From positions 1,248,001-1,312,000 of the forward strand of contig CBDCKW010000009.1 in the NCBI GenBank assembly GCA_965218435.1: a stretch of DNA of 64,000 bases, read 5' to 3'. The notes beneath the pieces are model-generated. The model was not told where the DNA came from and did no database searches. It saw only the letters and a list, made by a program, of their open reading frames with translations. Position 1 is the first letter of the stretch; each line of letters begins with the position of its first letter. Below, one piece after another: positions 1 through 9,573 of the stretch. The position numbers and the translations under genes were made by a program. The stretch is from Truepera sp. GTDB taxonomy: Bacteria > Deinococcota > Deinococci > Deinococcales > Trueperaceae.

Positions 1-161
1 CTGGACCCCACCGATGTAGCGGCTGACATCGGCGCGTCTAACCTCAGCAGGTGTAATAGGGTAGCGTCCAGAAATGTACGAAGCAGGCTGAAGTAGGTGT
101 GCAGGTAGTTATAGCAGGCAACGAAAATAGGTAGCAACACGATGTTTACGGGAGGCAGACC

Positions 162-806
162 ATGAACAACATCCTGAACGAAATCAGCAGACAAGACCCG
201 CAGGCCGCGCTCGAGGCTCCCAGCCAACTGCTCCGGTTTCAGCGCAAACAGACGCTCTATCATAACGGTGACCCGGCCCAATCGGTCTTCCGCGTTCATG
301 ACGGTCTTATCCGTATTACCCGGATGACGCCTGAAGGCCGCATCCTGACGGTGCGCCACGTGATGCCCGGCGACTTCTTCGGCGAAGAAGCGTTTATGGA
401 CGGTCGCCGCGAAGAGATTGCCGAAGCTTTGACCAACGCGCAGGTCGAAGCGATTGACCCGAAACTCATCAATCATCACGACCTGATGACGATTACGCAG
501 TCGCTCTCGAAGCAGATGCAGCGTCTGATGGACTACGAGTATCACCTCCAAACCGGTGATCTGCGTCAGCGCGTCGCCCGCTACCTTATCAACTTGTCGG
601 AAACGCCGCTGGCTGCTAAAAACAGCGAGGGCCACATGGTCGTTTCGGCCACCCACGAGCTGATCGCCGAGGGTACCGCGAGCACGCGTGAAAGCGTGTC
701 GAAAATCATCACCGAACTGCGCAGTGAGGGGCTTATTGAATCAGGCTACCGCTCGATTGTCCTCTTGCAACCTGACGAGCTAGACGAGATTTCGCAAGGG
801 TTCTAA
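162..806 (+). CDS. Crp/Fnr-family transcriptional regulator, LdrP (TTHB099)-like
   Basis: cNMP-binding-like N-terminus (LTVRHVMPGDFFGEEA) and C-terminal HTH (ATHELIAEGTASTRESVSKIITEL). The YEYHLQTGDLRQRVARYL segment resembles Thermus LdrP as I recall it. RBS GGAGG upstream. Confidence 0.9.
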   Translation: MNNILNEISRQDPQAALEAPSQLLRFQRKQTLYHNGDPAQSVFRVHDGLIRITRMTPEGRILTVRHVMPGDFFGEEAFMDGRREEIAEALTNAQVEAIDPKLINHHDLMTITQSLSKQMQRLMDYEYHLQTGDLRQRVARYLINLSETPLAAKNSEGHMVVSATHELIAEGTASTRESVSKIITELRSEGLIESGYRSIVLLQPDELDEISQGF

Positions 807-827
807 AAGCTGCACTTAATCAACCTG

Positions 828-863
828 AAAGGCTGTGGTCGGGAAACTGACCGCAGCTTTTTT
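828..863 (+). terminator. Rho-independent terminator
   Basis: GGCTGTGGTC-loop-GACCGCAGCT stem followed by a T-run, just after the Crp gene. Confidence 0.85.
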
Positions 864-876
864 GCTACACTCCGCT

Positions 877-1684
877 ACGAAACTCAGTCAATGGGTTAGT
901 GCCGGATTGTTACTGATTTTGCTAACTTCATGTAACCTTCTTGAAAGGCGTACGCATGTCGTTGGCGAAATTGACTCGTTTAGAGCTTGTTATGAACCTT
1001 CAAGGTTCATTTGAGCTGTTCGGTTAACGCTTAGAAAATCCGTCCTGCTCCAGCTTTTTGTACTTTCGACGGGCTTTGTTGCATGAATCCTGGAATCAAA
1101 AGTAAGTCTCTGAAACGAGGACGGAAAATCGTCAGAAAGTAGCTTTCCATCATTGAGGTGAAAAATACTCGCAAACGATTTATAAGTAAAAGCATGCTGA
1201 GACCTTCTGATTCTAATTTGTGCAACAACGCCCTTTCGACGGTATTTTTTTAGTGTGCTTGGAGCTTAAACGCAGGCTCGAGTCCGAGGTGCCGAAACAG
1301 CCAAACAATCTACCTGCTGTGTAGGACGCGCACTCAGCCATTACAATCGTCTTAGAGTTCATAACACGCTCTAGTCAACGCGACGCCGTTACCGTTCCTG
1401 CTTCGGTGCAATCAGGGGCGTCTTTCGAGGTTACTGTAACGACTTTGGGCGGCGGCTGTATGGAGCAGGGGGAAACTGACGTTCAGCTTCAAGGCTCACG
1501 GGCCAATATCACACCTTACGATTACGAGGTTACACCGCTGTTCGGCGGTTGTCTTCTCTACGGTAAAGATTACAAGCATACGGCTACGCTGAGTTTTGCC
1601 GCCAAAGGAACAGCCACGATTGTTTTTCACGGGCAAAGTAATGGAGCGATGACGATGCTCGAGCGAACTGTCGAGGTTCGCTAA
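877..1684 (+). pseudogene. Lipoprotein gene interrupted by a MITE
   Basis: Removing 983-1373 joins (ACG)KLSQWVSAGLLLILLTSC-NLLERRTHVVGEIDSF in frame to SQRDAVTVPASVQSG... (the called ORF 1406..1684). Lipobox LTSC; first codon is ACG, 5 nt after TACACT. Confidence 0.8.
983..1371. mobile_element. 389-bp non-autonomous IS-derived element (MITE)
   Basis: TIRs GAGCTTGTTATGAAC (983-997) and GTTCATAACACGCTC (1357-1371), 14/15 match, flanked by duplicated TA. AT-rich interior with no transposase. Confidence 0.85.
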
Positions 1685-2154
1685 TCTTCCTGCGGCTCGA
1701 GCCCCCTCACCTCCGGCACACTGTCTAAACTCCGCTCATACGCCCGCAGCATCCCCCGAAACTGTTCCCGAAAAAGCCGGTGCTCACGTTCGGTTCGGGC
1801 GGCTTCGGCTTTGAGCTCGCGCAGTTCGCGTTCGGCGTCGCGTAAAATCACGGCGCGTTCGTCTCGGGCACCCTGCAATACGCGTTCAGCGTCGTCTTGT
1901 GCGCGCGCTTTGAGTTCACTGCCGAGCCGCTCAGCGGAGACGACGGCGCGGCGCAGCTCGCTCTCGCCGCTCCTAAGTTCCGCGATTAGGTCGTCGCGTT
2001 TACTCAGTTCGGCTTTAAGCGTCTGGTTTTCGCGGAGCGTCGTCTCGAGCGCCTCGGCTGCACCGTCTAAAAAGTCCCTGACCTGCGCTTTGTCGTAGCC
2101 GCGCATGGCGTTGGAAAACTCGTGGTGCTGAATGTCTAACGGGCTTAACTTCAC
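1681..2154 (-). CDS. divIVA: DivIVA domain cell division protein
   Basis: N-terminal LSPLDIQHHEF..AMRGYDKAQVRDFLD signature followed by coiled coil; lies downstream of yggS. Confidence 0.92.
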   Translation of the reverse strand: MKLSPLDIQHHEFSNAMRGYDKAQVRDFLDGAAEALETTLRENQTLKAELSKRDDLIAELRSGESELRRAVVSAERLGSELKARAQDDAERVLQGARDERAVILRDAERELRELKAEAARTEREHRLFREQFRGMLRAYERSLDSVPEVRGLEPQED

Positions 2155-2166
2155 CGTACCTCCTGG

Positions 2167-2829
2167 CTAATCCGGGAAGAGGGCCGACCCGACCCGTACA
2201 TAGGTCGCACCCTCCTCGGCGGCCACTTCAAAGTCGCCGCTCATCCCCATCGAAAGCTCCCTGAGCGCGAGTTTATCACGCAGGTCTCTAAGGGCTCTAA
2301 AGATAGGCCGCGCCGCTTCGGGGTCGTCGTGATACGGGGCGATGGTCATCACCCCGGCGAGGTCCAGGTGCGGTAAGCTCTCGGCGTAACGCGCCAGCTC
2401 TGCGGCTCCAGCCGTGGAGACGCCCTGTTTGTTCGCTTCGCCCGCGACGTTGACCTCGAGTAAGACGCGAAACGTATGGCTCTTTTTCTCGCCAAACGCT
2501 TCTAACGCGTCGGCTAACCGCTCCGAATTGAGCGTATGCAGGGTATGAAAGGGAAGGCAGTATTTGACCTTGTTGGTCTGCAGATTGCCGATCAGGTGCC
2601 ACTCGAGCCCCGCTAGCTCAGCTGTTTTTTTGCGCCATTCCTGAATTCGGCTTTCACCCAACACAGTTTGTCCAGCTTCTAGGATGTTCGTCTGTATTGA
2701 CGCGACACCATGACCCTTCGTCACCGCAATCAGCGTAACCTCGGCGGGGTCGCGGTGGGCGCGTAAACAGGCGCGCCCCAACCGCTCCCGCACCGCTAAA
2801 ATCGGTAGTCCAGGGGCCGAAGAGCTCAA
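2167..2829 (-). CDS. yggS: YggS-family PLP homeostasis protein
   Basis: LIAVTK, GESRIQE, WHLIGNLQTNK, LSMGMSGDF..A.EEGAT.VRVGS motifs. Confidence 0.96.
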   Translation of the reverse strand: MSSSAPGLPILAVRERLGRACLRAHRDPAEVTLIAVTKGHGVASIQTNILEAGQTVLGESRIQEWRKKTAELAGLEWHLIGNLQTNKVKYCLPFHTLHTLNSERLADALEAFGEKKSHTFRVLLEVNVAGEANKQGVSTAGAAELARYAESLPHLDLAGVMTIAPYHDDPEAARPIFRALRDLRDKLALRELSMGMSGDFEVAAEEGATYVRVGSALFPD

Positions 2830-3677
2830 AGCTGTGGGACGAGCGCCTTGACGAGTTTTCTAAAGGTCGGCCCGCTCGCAGCGGCGGTCTCTAAAACTTC
2901 GGTCTCGTCGGCGTGGGCGTGGGCGTCGGGGAGCGCCATATCGGTGACGACGGAAATTCCTAGCACCCGCAGCCCTTCGTGCCGCGCGACCAATACCTCG
3001 TGGACGGTAGACATGCCGATGGCGTCTGCACCCCACGCCCGGAACATCCGGAGTTCGGCCCGGGTCGCGTAGCTCGGGCCGCTGACGGCTAAATAGACGC
3101 CCTCACGGAGCAAAATGTCCTCGGCCCTGGCCGTGTCGCGGGCCAGCCCCAGTAGTCCCGGGTCATACGCGTCAAAGGTCACCGGAAACCGTGGGCCGAG
3201 TTCCGGGTCGTTCGGGCCTAGCAGCGGACTTGCAAAGGTGAAGTTGATCAGGTCGAGTTGCAGCATCAGCTCGCCTGCGCGCCAGTTCGGGTTGAGGCCG
3301 CCGCAGGCGTTGCTGACTAAGAGCGTCCCCGCACCGAGGGCGTGCAGCAGCCGTACTGGAAAGGCGGCCTGCGCCGCCGTCATCCCTTCATAAAAGTGCA
3401 GCCGTCCCTGCATCGCCACGACACGGCGACCGGCGAGTGTGCCTAACACAAGCTTGCCGGCGTGACCGGGGGCCGTGCTCGGCGCGAAGCCGGGCAGCTC
3501 GCTGTAAGGGATCACGGCGTCGGCGTCAATTTCGTCGGCTAAGGGGCCGAGGCCAGAGCCTAAAATCAGCGCGAGTTCGGGCTCGAGGTCAGTTTTGCGC
3601 CGCACAGCGTTGGCTGCGGCGGCAACGGCGATACTTAAAGGTTCAGCACTTGAAGGTTCTGCGGGCGTGTCAATCAT
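2826..3677 (-). CDS. punA: Purine nucleoside phosphorylase (trimeric PNP family)
   Basis: LILGSGLG, GHAGKL, QGRLHFYEG, SNACGG, GPSYAT.AE, GADAIGMSTVHE motifs; 4-nt overlap with yggS. Confidence 0.95.
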   Translation of the reverse strand: MIDTPAEPSSAEPLSIAVAAAANAVRRKTDLEPELALILGSGLGPLADEIDADAVIPYSELPGFAPSTAPGHAGKLVLGTLAGRRVVAMQGRLHFYEGMTAAQAAFPVRLLHALGAGTLLVSNACGGLNPNWRAGELMLQLDLINFTFASPLLGPNDPELGPRFPVTFDAYDPGLLGLARDTARAEDILLREGVYLAVSGPSYATRAELRMFRAWGADAIGMSTVHEVLVARHEGLRVLGISVVTDMALPDAHAHADETEVLETAAASGPTFRKLVKALVPQL

Positions 3678-3810
3678 ACCCCTATCATATGTGCATCATC
3701 ATGAGGCAACTGCACGGTAATGCGTTACTGCGATACTCTTTACAACCTTAGGAAGAGGCGGCGAAACCCCTTCACCTGTTCTCACCCCCCTCAAGGTTAA
3801 ACTGAGCGCC

Positions 3811-6633
3811 ATGTCACCTAACGCCTTGCCCAAGCCCTTTCTCCTGCTCTGTCTATGCGTTTCGCTAACCGCATTCACGTCCGTTACCGCCCAGACTACG
3901 ACCCAGACCCCACCCCAAACCACACCTCAGACTGCTCCCCCAAAAGAGGCGGTAGCTGAGCCCATTCCCGCAGACGCCAAGCTCGCCGAAATCCGTTTTG
4001 AAGGGATCAGCGATTCTACAATCGAGAGTCTGGTGCGTGTCCTGCTCGTCTCGAGACCCGGTGTGCCTGTTTCTGATATTGACCTCTCTGCCGAGCGCAA
4101 CACTATCTTGGGCTTCGGTGCGTTTTCAGAGGTGAGTTTGTCGGTTGAAAACCGCTCTGTAGGGCCGGTCTTATTCGTCCGTGTCAAAGAAAATCCGCCG
4201 ATTCGTGAGGTGGTTTTACAAGGCATACCTAATGTTGCTTTTAGAAAGCAGGTTAGGCAGATTTTGCTTCAAGAAAATCAGCTCGGGGCGGGGCAAATCT
4301 ATAACACGACCCGCGCTCAAGAAGCGATCAATACCTTGCAAGCGATCTACAACGCGCCTGGGGTTGGGTTTCCCGGTCCTATTCCGGTGACGCTGAGCGT
4401 ACGCCCGGTTGCTAAAAAAGCTGCGAACCAAGGTTCGGGTGAAGCCCAGATACAGGCTGCGCCGGTCACACTCGAGAACGCCGCTGCAGTTCGGCTGATC
4501 TATACCATCAACCAAGCACCGCCGGTTGACACCGTAACTTTTTCCGGTGAGACCGTCGTTCCTGAAGCTGAGCTAAAGACGCTCTTTCGCAACGTCACCG
4601 CGGCTGAGACCTTCGATCTGAGCACCTATCTAACGGCGGTACAGGGTGTCGCCGACGCCTACAACAAAGCGGGCTACCGGGGCTCGGGCATTGACCGGAC
4701 CCAGACTCGCCTCGCTGACGGGACTTTAAGTGTCGTCGTTAACGAGCTGCGCATCTTGAGTTTAGACACAACTGCGATTGGAATTGACCCGGCGAAGTTT
4801 TCCCTAAAACCCGGCGACCTGTACAACTACGACACGCTCCTCTCTGACGTAACGCGGCTCGCTCAGGGTCGGAGTGAAGACATTCGGCTCGAGGCGCAAC
4901 CGGTCGGTAACGGGGTCGCGGTCGTCTTTACTTCCGGCCCGCCCGCGTCGGCCGGTCCCATTAAACGCATTGACATTGAAGGTAACACGGTCTTTACCGA
5001 CGCGGAGTTAGAGCAGCAGCTCGGGCTTAAAGTAGGTGAGACCTTCACCTCGGCGCTCGCTACCGACGACTTCCGGCGGCTCTTAGAGTTTTACGCGCAA
5101 GCGGGCTACCTGCTCGTTCAGGAACCGAACTTTAACTTTCGTGACGGCACCTATTCCCAGCGTCTCCGCGAGGTCAAAATTGCCGGGTACCAGGTTGATT
5201 TGCAGACCGCTAACCCGCGTACCAAAAACCGCGTGATTACGCGTTACCTGCCCGAAGTCGGCAGTGTTTATAACCAACCCGAGGTCGAGCGCGCGATTTT
5301 GCAGATCAACGCGCTCCAGATCGTCCGGCTGACCCAGGTTGGCACGCGTATTTCGCATGCGCTCGTGTCGACTGACAACCCCGCACAGGTGATCGTCCGT
5401 TTTATCGCCCAAGAGGTGCCGTCGCGGACTATTACCCCTTCAGCTGAGCTGACGACCGAAGGCGGCGTCACTTTTGGGGCGGACATTTCCGTCGCCGATA
5501 CCAACCTTTTCGGTCTAGCCCACAACGCGAGTGCGTCGGTCAACGCCGGAACGTCCGACTTAGGCTTTTTAGTCGGCGGCAGTCTTTCGTATACGGTTCC
5601 CTGGCTCGACGCTGATTTTCTCGATTTTAGAGAGGTACCGACCAGCGTCAGCGCCGAACTGTTTAGCACGACCACGAGCAACCAACCGATCAGTAGCGGC
5701 GGCAGACGGTGCGTGCCTTTTGGTGCGGGCGCAGGTGTCCCGGTACCAGGTGCAAAAGAAGATTGCACCGCCTCCGATCAGGCTTTAATCGGTGAATATA
5801 CCCAGCGCGATACCGGCTTCCGCTTTAGCGTCGGTCGGCCTATCTTGCCCGACCTGTCGCTCAACGTCTCGACGCGCTTTACGCAGAGTAACTACGCCGT
5901 TGAGCCGCCCGGTAACGTGTGTGATCCGGCTGCTCCGTCTAGCACTTGCTCGCTCCCCTATGAGCAGGCTATTCTATACGCGCCGCAGAGCGGGTTCTCG
6001 AGCTTTCTCGGCTCAGGTCTGACCTATGACAACCGCGACAATCCCGAATACCCGCACGAAGGCTACCGCGCTTCTATCAGCGGCGGGGTCGGGTTTGGCA
6101 ACGATTTTACCCGCAATGATGTTCAGCAAGGCTACACGTATGAGCAGCTCGAGGTCGGCGCGAGCACCTACGTTACGCCGTTTGAAAACAAGAGTCACGT
6201 CTTCGCCTTCCGCGTCAACGCCGGTAAGCAGTTTGGAGGCCGAGAAAACTATCCTGCCAGCCGCTTATTTATTATCGGCAATACGAACAACCAGGCCACG
6301 CAGATACGCGGCTATGGCCGTGACGACCTCAGTCCGGCCTCGAGCTATGTGGCCACGACCGCTGAGTACCGCTACGACTTCGGGCTCTCTACGGCGGTAA
6401 CACAAACGATTGTCGGGATCGGCTTTATAGATTTGGGCTACGTTCCTGCCAACGAAGCCGGACTCGAGCCGGGAACGCTTTTCGCGCCACTGTTACCGAG
6501 CATCGGTGTGGCGGTACAGCTCAACATCGGTTTTGGCGGCGGGTTGGCGTTGCCGCCGCTCCGCTTCGACTACGGTATCAGCCCGAGAAACCCAACCGGC
6601 GTTTTTGGTTTTAGGCTTGGGTTTAACTTCTAG
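3811..6633 (+). CDS. bamA: Omp85/BamA outer-membrane assembly factor
   Basis: Signal peptide, POTRA-like repeats (IDIEGNTVFTDAEL), barrel motifs DTNLFG, YDNRDN and IRGY, and C-terminal beta-signal FRLGFNF. Confidence 0.9.
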   Translation: MSPNALPKPFLLLCLCVSLTAFTSVTAQTTTQTPPQTTPQTAPPKEAVAEPIPADAKLAEIRFEGISDSTIESLVRVLLVSRPGVPVSDIDLSAERNTILGFGAFSEVSLSVENRSVGPVLFVRVKENPPIREVVLQGIPNVAFRKQVRQILLQENQLGAGQIYNTTRAQEAINTLQAIYNAPGVGFPGPIPVTLSVRPVAKKAANQGSGEAQIQAAPVTLENAAAVRLIYTINQAPPVDTVTFSGETVVPEAELKTLFRNVTAAETFDLSTYLTAVQGVADAYNKAGYRGSGIDRTQTRLADGTLSVVVNELRILSLDTTAIGIDPAKFSLKPGDLYNYDTLLSDVTRLAQGRSEDIRLEAQPVGNGVAVVFTSGPPASAGPIKRIDIEGNTVFTDAELEQQLGLKVGETFTSALATDDFRRLLEFYAQAGYLLVQEPNFNFRDGTYSQRLREVKIAGYQVDLQTANPRTKNRVITRYLPEVGSVYNQPEVERAILQINALQIVRLTQVGTRISHALVSTDNPAQVIVRFIAQEVPSRTITPSAELTTEGGVTFGADISVADTNLFGLAHNASASVNAGTSDLGFLVGGSLSYTVPWLDADFLDFREVPTSVSAELFSTTTSNQPISSGGRRCVPFGAGAGVPVPGAKEDCTASDQALIGEYTQRDTGFRFSVGRPILPDLSLNVSTRFTQSNYAVEPPGNVCDPAAPSSTCSLPYEQAILYAPQSGFSSFLGSGLTYDNRDNPEYPHEGYRASISGGVGFGNDFTRNDVQQGYTYEQLEVGASTYVTPFENKSHVFAFRVNAGKQFGGRENYPASRLFIIGNTNNQATQIRGYGRDDLSPASSYVATTAEYRYDFGLSTAVTQTIVGIGFIDLGYVPANEAGLEPGTLFAPLLPSIGVAVQLNIGFGGGLALPPLRFDYGISPRNPTGVFGFRLGFNF

Positions 6634-6649
6634 CACCCGTAAGAGCAGC

Positions 6650-6682
6650 AAAACAGGCGGCTCGGGTAGCCGCCTGTTTTTT
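6650..6682 (+). terminator. Rho-independent terminator (possibly bidirectional)
   Basis: AAAACAGGCGGCT-loop-AGCCGCCTGTTTTTT. Confidence 0.85.
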
Positions 6683-6833
6683 CGCTGTAGTAAAGCCTCA
6701 GTTGGTATTTCCAAAAGAGCTTGCACCAAATCTCAGCCCATTAGGGTAACGGGACTTTATCTCAGAATGTGCGTTCTGGTCAGCGAAACTCAAACGGAGA
6801 GGATTGCTGACTAAATACTACCTGCTGTTAGCT

Positions 6834-7436
6834 TTATGCTCTTCTGTTTCGCCGCCGGACAACCCAAAAGATTGCGAAGATCAATAGCCCGCCTAAGACG
6901 ACAAATGAAATCGGCCCGAGGTACGTGTCAACGAGCTTGTAGTTCTGACCCAACAGTCCGCCAAGCGCGGTAAGCAGCAGCACCCAAAGCGCCGTGCCGA
7001 GTGCTGAATAAAGCCAAAAAGTCGTGAGCGGCATTTCGCTCATCCCCGCGGGGACGGAGATAAGCGAGCGCAGCCCCGGAACCAAACGGGCCAAAAACAC
7101 CGCTTTGTGCCCGTGTCGGTCAAACCAGTCGTCAGCTTTTTTGACATCTTGACCTGAAACCGTCAGCCATTTGCCGTAACGTTCAGCCCACGCGACGAGT
7201 TTGTCTTCGCTGGCCCAGCGGCCCAGATAGTAGAGCGGCAGCTGCCCTAGAAGTGACCCGGACGCGCCCGCAAGCACGACCCCGACGAACGAAAGTTCAC
7301 CCCTAGCGGCGCTAAACCCTGCGAGCGGCATAATCAGCTCGCTGGGAATCGGAGGGAAGACATTTTCTAAAAACATCAGCAAAGCGACGCCCGGATACCC
7401 GAGCGCCGTCATCGTTTGTTGAATCCAGTCGAACAC
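6834..7436 (-). CDS. DedA-family membrane protein
   Basis: LENVFPPIPSELIMPLAGF and ARLVPGLRSLISVPAG motifs. Confidence 0.95.
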   Translation of the reverse strand: MFDWIQQTMTALGYPGVALLMFLENVFPPIPSELIMPLAGFSAARGELSFVGVVLAGASGSLLGQLPLYYLGRWASEDKLVAWAERYGKWLTVSGQDVKKADDWFDRHGHKAVFLARLVPGLRSLISVPAGMSEMPLTTFWLYSALGTALWVLLLTALGGLLGQNYKLVDTYLGPISFVVLGGLLIFAIFWVVRRRNRRA

Positions 7437-7593
7437 GAATAGCTCCTAAAAAATCGCCCTTGTCGTAGAGGTCAGCGAGAAGTCGGCGGATCAAGCAGTT
7501 AGCTGAAAGGTGGCTACTTAAGCGTTAAGGGTTGTGCCTTTAACCTGACTGTATTTTACGGCGCTGAGGTCCGCTGAACGTTTGGTTTGCATG

Positions 7594-7767
7594 CTAGCGT
7601 TCTCTTACCTCGACCTCACCACAACGTAAGCAGACCCGTTGCCGCTGAATGGTCAGGGTACGCGCTCTACGGTAGGGGTCGGCGGTTCTCGAGGCGTGGT
7701 ATTTGACCTCTCCCCACTTATGTCCGAAAATGCGGCAAGCTGAGCGGGCGAGGCTATGTTCGTTCAT
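7594..7767 (-). CDS. Small 57-aa putative Zn-binding protein (DUF1660-like pattern); not in ORF track
   Basis: My translation: MNEHSLARSACRIFGHKWGEVKYHASRTADPYRRARTLTIQRQRVCLRCGEVEVRER. RBS GAGGTG upstream; C-x3-GH-x-W ... CxRCG pattern. Confidence 0.65.
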   Translation of the reverse strand: MNEHSLARSACRIFGHKWGEVKYHASRTADPYRRARTLTIQRQRVCLRCGEVEVRER

Positions 7768-7780
7768 AGGTCACCTCTAG

Positions 7781-7960
7781 TCACAGCAGTAAGGTACGGA
7801 CTAAAATAGCGCCAACTGCCCCGAGCACTGCGAGCGCGGCGGCGCTGCTGAGTCCCCAACGCTTTTTAGACCCCTGCATAAACAACGCGAAAATGGCGAC
7901 CGGAACACTCATATACATACAAAATAAAAGGACCGTTAAAAGGTTATTCATCGCGCCCAT
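7781..7960 (-). CDS. Small 59-aa two-TM membrane protein; not in ORF track
   Basis: My translation: MGAMNNLLTVLLFCMYMSVPVAIFALFMQGSKKRWGLSSAAALAVLGAVGAILVRTLLL. Two hydrophobic helices around a KKR loop; alternative start at 7951. Confidence 0.65.
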   Translation of the reverse strand: MGAMNNLLTVLLFCMYMSVPVAIFALFMQGSKKRWGLSSAAALAVLGAVGAILVRTLLL

Positions 7961-8155
7961 CAGCCTAAACCTTACGCGCCGAACTTGCCTGAGTGCTCAC
8001 GACAAAAGGCTACGGCAACAAGGTAAAACTAAGGTAAAAGGTGCTCGACTGTTTGTGTCAAGTGCGGTAGTTGGGGTGCTTGGGCGGGCGCGTGTTACTT
8101 TGTTGGGTGGCGCTACGTTTGGCGTATTCTGCTCGAGCCTTTAGCGTTCGTTTAG

Positions 8156-8731
8156 TTTAGCGTGAAAACCCACCGTCTTTGGCGGTGGTGATGTAACGTC
8201 GGCTATGCCTTACTGTTTCGCCTGGGACACATAGGTCGTACCCTAAGGCGTGGGGAAGTATAGAAAGCTTGCGCACGTTGTCTATCAGTGTAATTACCAC
8301 ATTGTGTGGGTGCCTAAATACCGTTACCGAGTGCTGACGGGTATGGTCAAAGAGTTGGTTGAGAAGGACGTCCATACGCTTTGTGAGTGGCGCTCTGTAG
8401 AAGTAATAGAGCTGAGTGTTCAAGCCGATCACATCCACTTGGTTTGTTCAATTCCTCCCAAGTTGTCAGTATCGGATTTCATGGGATTTCTCAAAGGGAA
8501 GCTTGCCATCAAGTTGTTCAAAAGCTAGCCAGGCTTACGGAAGAAACCATACTGGGGGAATCACTTTTGGACACGCGGTTACTTTGTCAACACTGTAGGT
8601 ATAAACGAAGACCTGATCCGTCGTTATGTGAAGTACCAAGAGAAGCGCGAAAAAGAGGAAGAACGCAATCAGCAGGACTTTCTCTTCTAGAGTCATTTTC
8701 AAATCCACCGCCTCTGGCGGTGGTCGTTTAA
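8156..8731 (+). mobile_element. IS200-type element (IS200/IS605 family, tnpA only)
   Basis: Subterminal hairpins CCACCGTCTTTGGCGGTGG (8170-8188) and CCACCGCCTCTGGCGGTGG (8705-8723) flank tnpA; no TSD. Ends inferred from the TTAG target and TTAA right end. Confidence 0.88.
8250..8690 (+). pseudogene. tnpA: Y1 (HUH) transposase TnpA with in-frame stop
   Basis: YHIVWVPKYR and DHIH (HUH) motifs. TAG at 8526-8528, then the same frame continues PGLRKKPYWGNHFWTRGYFVNTVG...RRYVKYQ, which holds the catalytic Tyr, to a stop at 8690. Confidence 0.92.
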
Positions 8732-9529
8732 TTTGGTCTTGAGTGGCGAAATAGGTTTGCCTGAACGGTCTACGATGAGGTAGACTTTGGGCTCGCTAGT
8801 TACTCTATACGCTGTAGCCATAATCATCTTTGAGTCTGACACCCACATGTAGCCGTCACCCACATAAGTAAGTGCTATAAATCTGACGAGAGCCGGGGGC
8901 GTAGCCGAAGCGAGGCGGCGCTGAGCTTCTTGACGGGTAAGGGAAAGAGGACCGGTTATCCTCCCGAAGGCAAGTGACTTAGCCTCGAGTTCCGCATGGA
9001 ACAAGTAGCCACAAACGCGGTCGAAGATGGGAATGCGGTAGTAATCCTTGTAGGGGTCAAAAGAACTAGAGGGTGTTTTGGAATTCCCTTCTTCGTCCCT
9101 GACGCATCAAACCTGACTATTGAATTCTCAGAAATACGCCCGAATTCACTGATATTAGGGCTTCTCAGAAGGTTCACGGTTTGGACTTGATAGCTAGAAA
9201 AGCTTAATTTTATTTCCCAAACACCCTCTAGACTCTGTAGCATCTGCGAAGTCAGAGTCCCTCGCTCGAGCGTCCTCAATGCGTCGGCGCAGCCGTTGCC
9301 GGTCTCTTGCTGTAGGGTGTACGAGAGAGCGAATAAAAACAGGTTTTCCCACGTAAAGCCTTTTTTCCCGTAGAGGACAACCAGCTTTGACGAACCTGGG
9401 GGGGTAGCCGTCAAGCGGCCTTGTCAACACGGCGAGGGCACTCTCGAGCGCCGACTGTTTAATCTGCGCGGTGCTATGGGCAAAGGCGCACGTAAGCATT
9501 AGAACGAAGCTCAGCAGGCAAATTTTCAT
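8732..9529 (-). pseudogene. Exported hypothetical protein broken by two frameshifts
   Basis: Three overlapping minus-strand ORFs (9194..9529 with signal peptide, 8956..9414, 8699..9004) read as one protein. First shift at the G7 run 9398-9404, second near 9100; 3-prime end cut by the IS200. Confidence 0.6.
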
Positions 9530-9573
9530 CGAACTAAAGTTAGCACACTGAGGTCTTACGGTTTTGAAGGGAT

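Noticed and set aside
1031..1228. 65-aa ORF inside the MITE as a transposase
   Set aside because: Too short, with no DDE or HTH motif.
8387..8731. Alternative-frame ORFs over tnpA suggesting programmed frameshifting
   Set aside because: The transposase continues in the same frame after a single TAG; the other frames show no transposase motifs.
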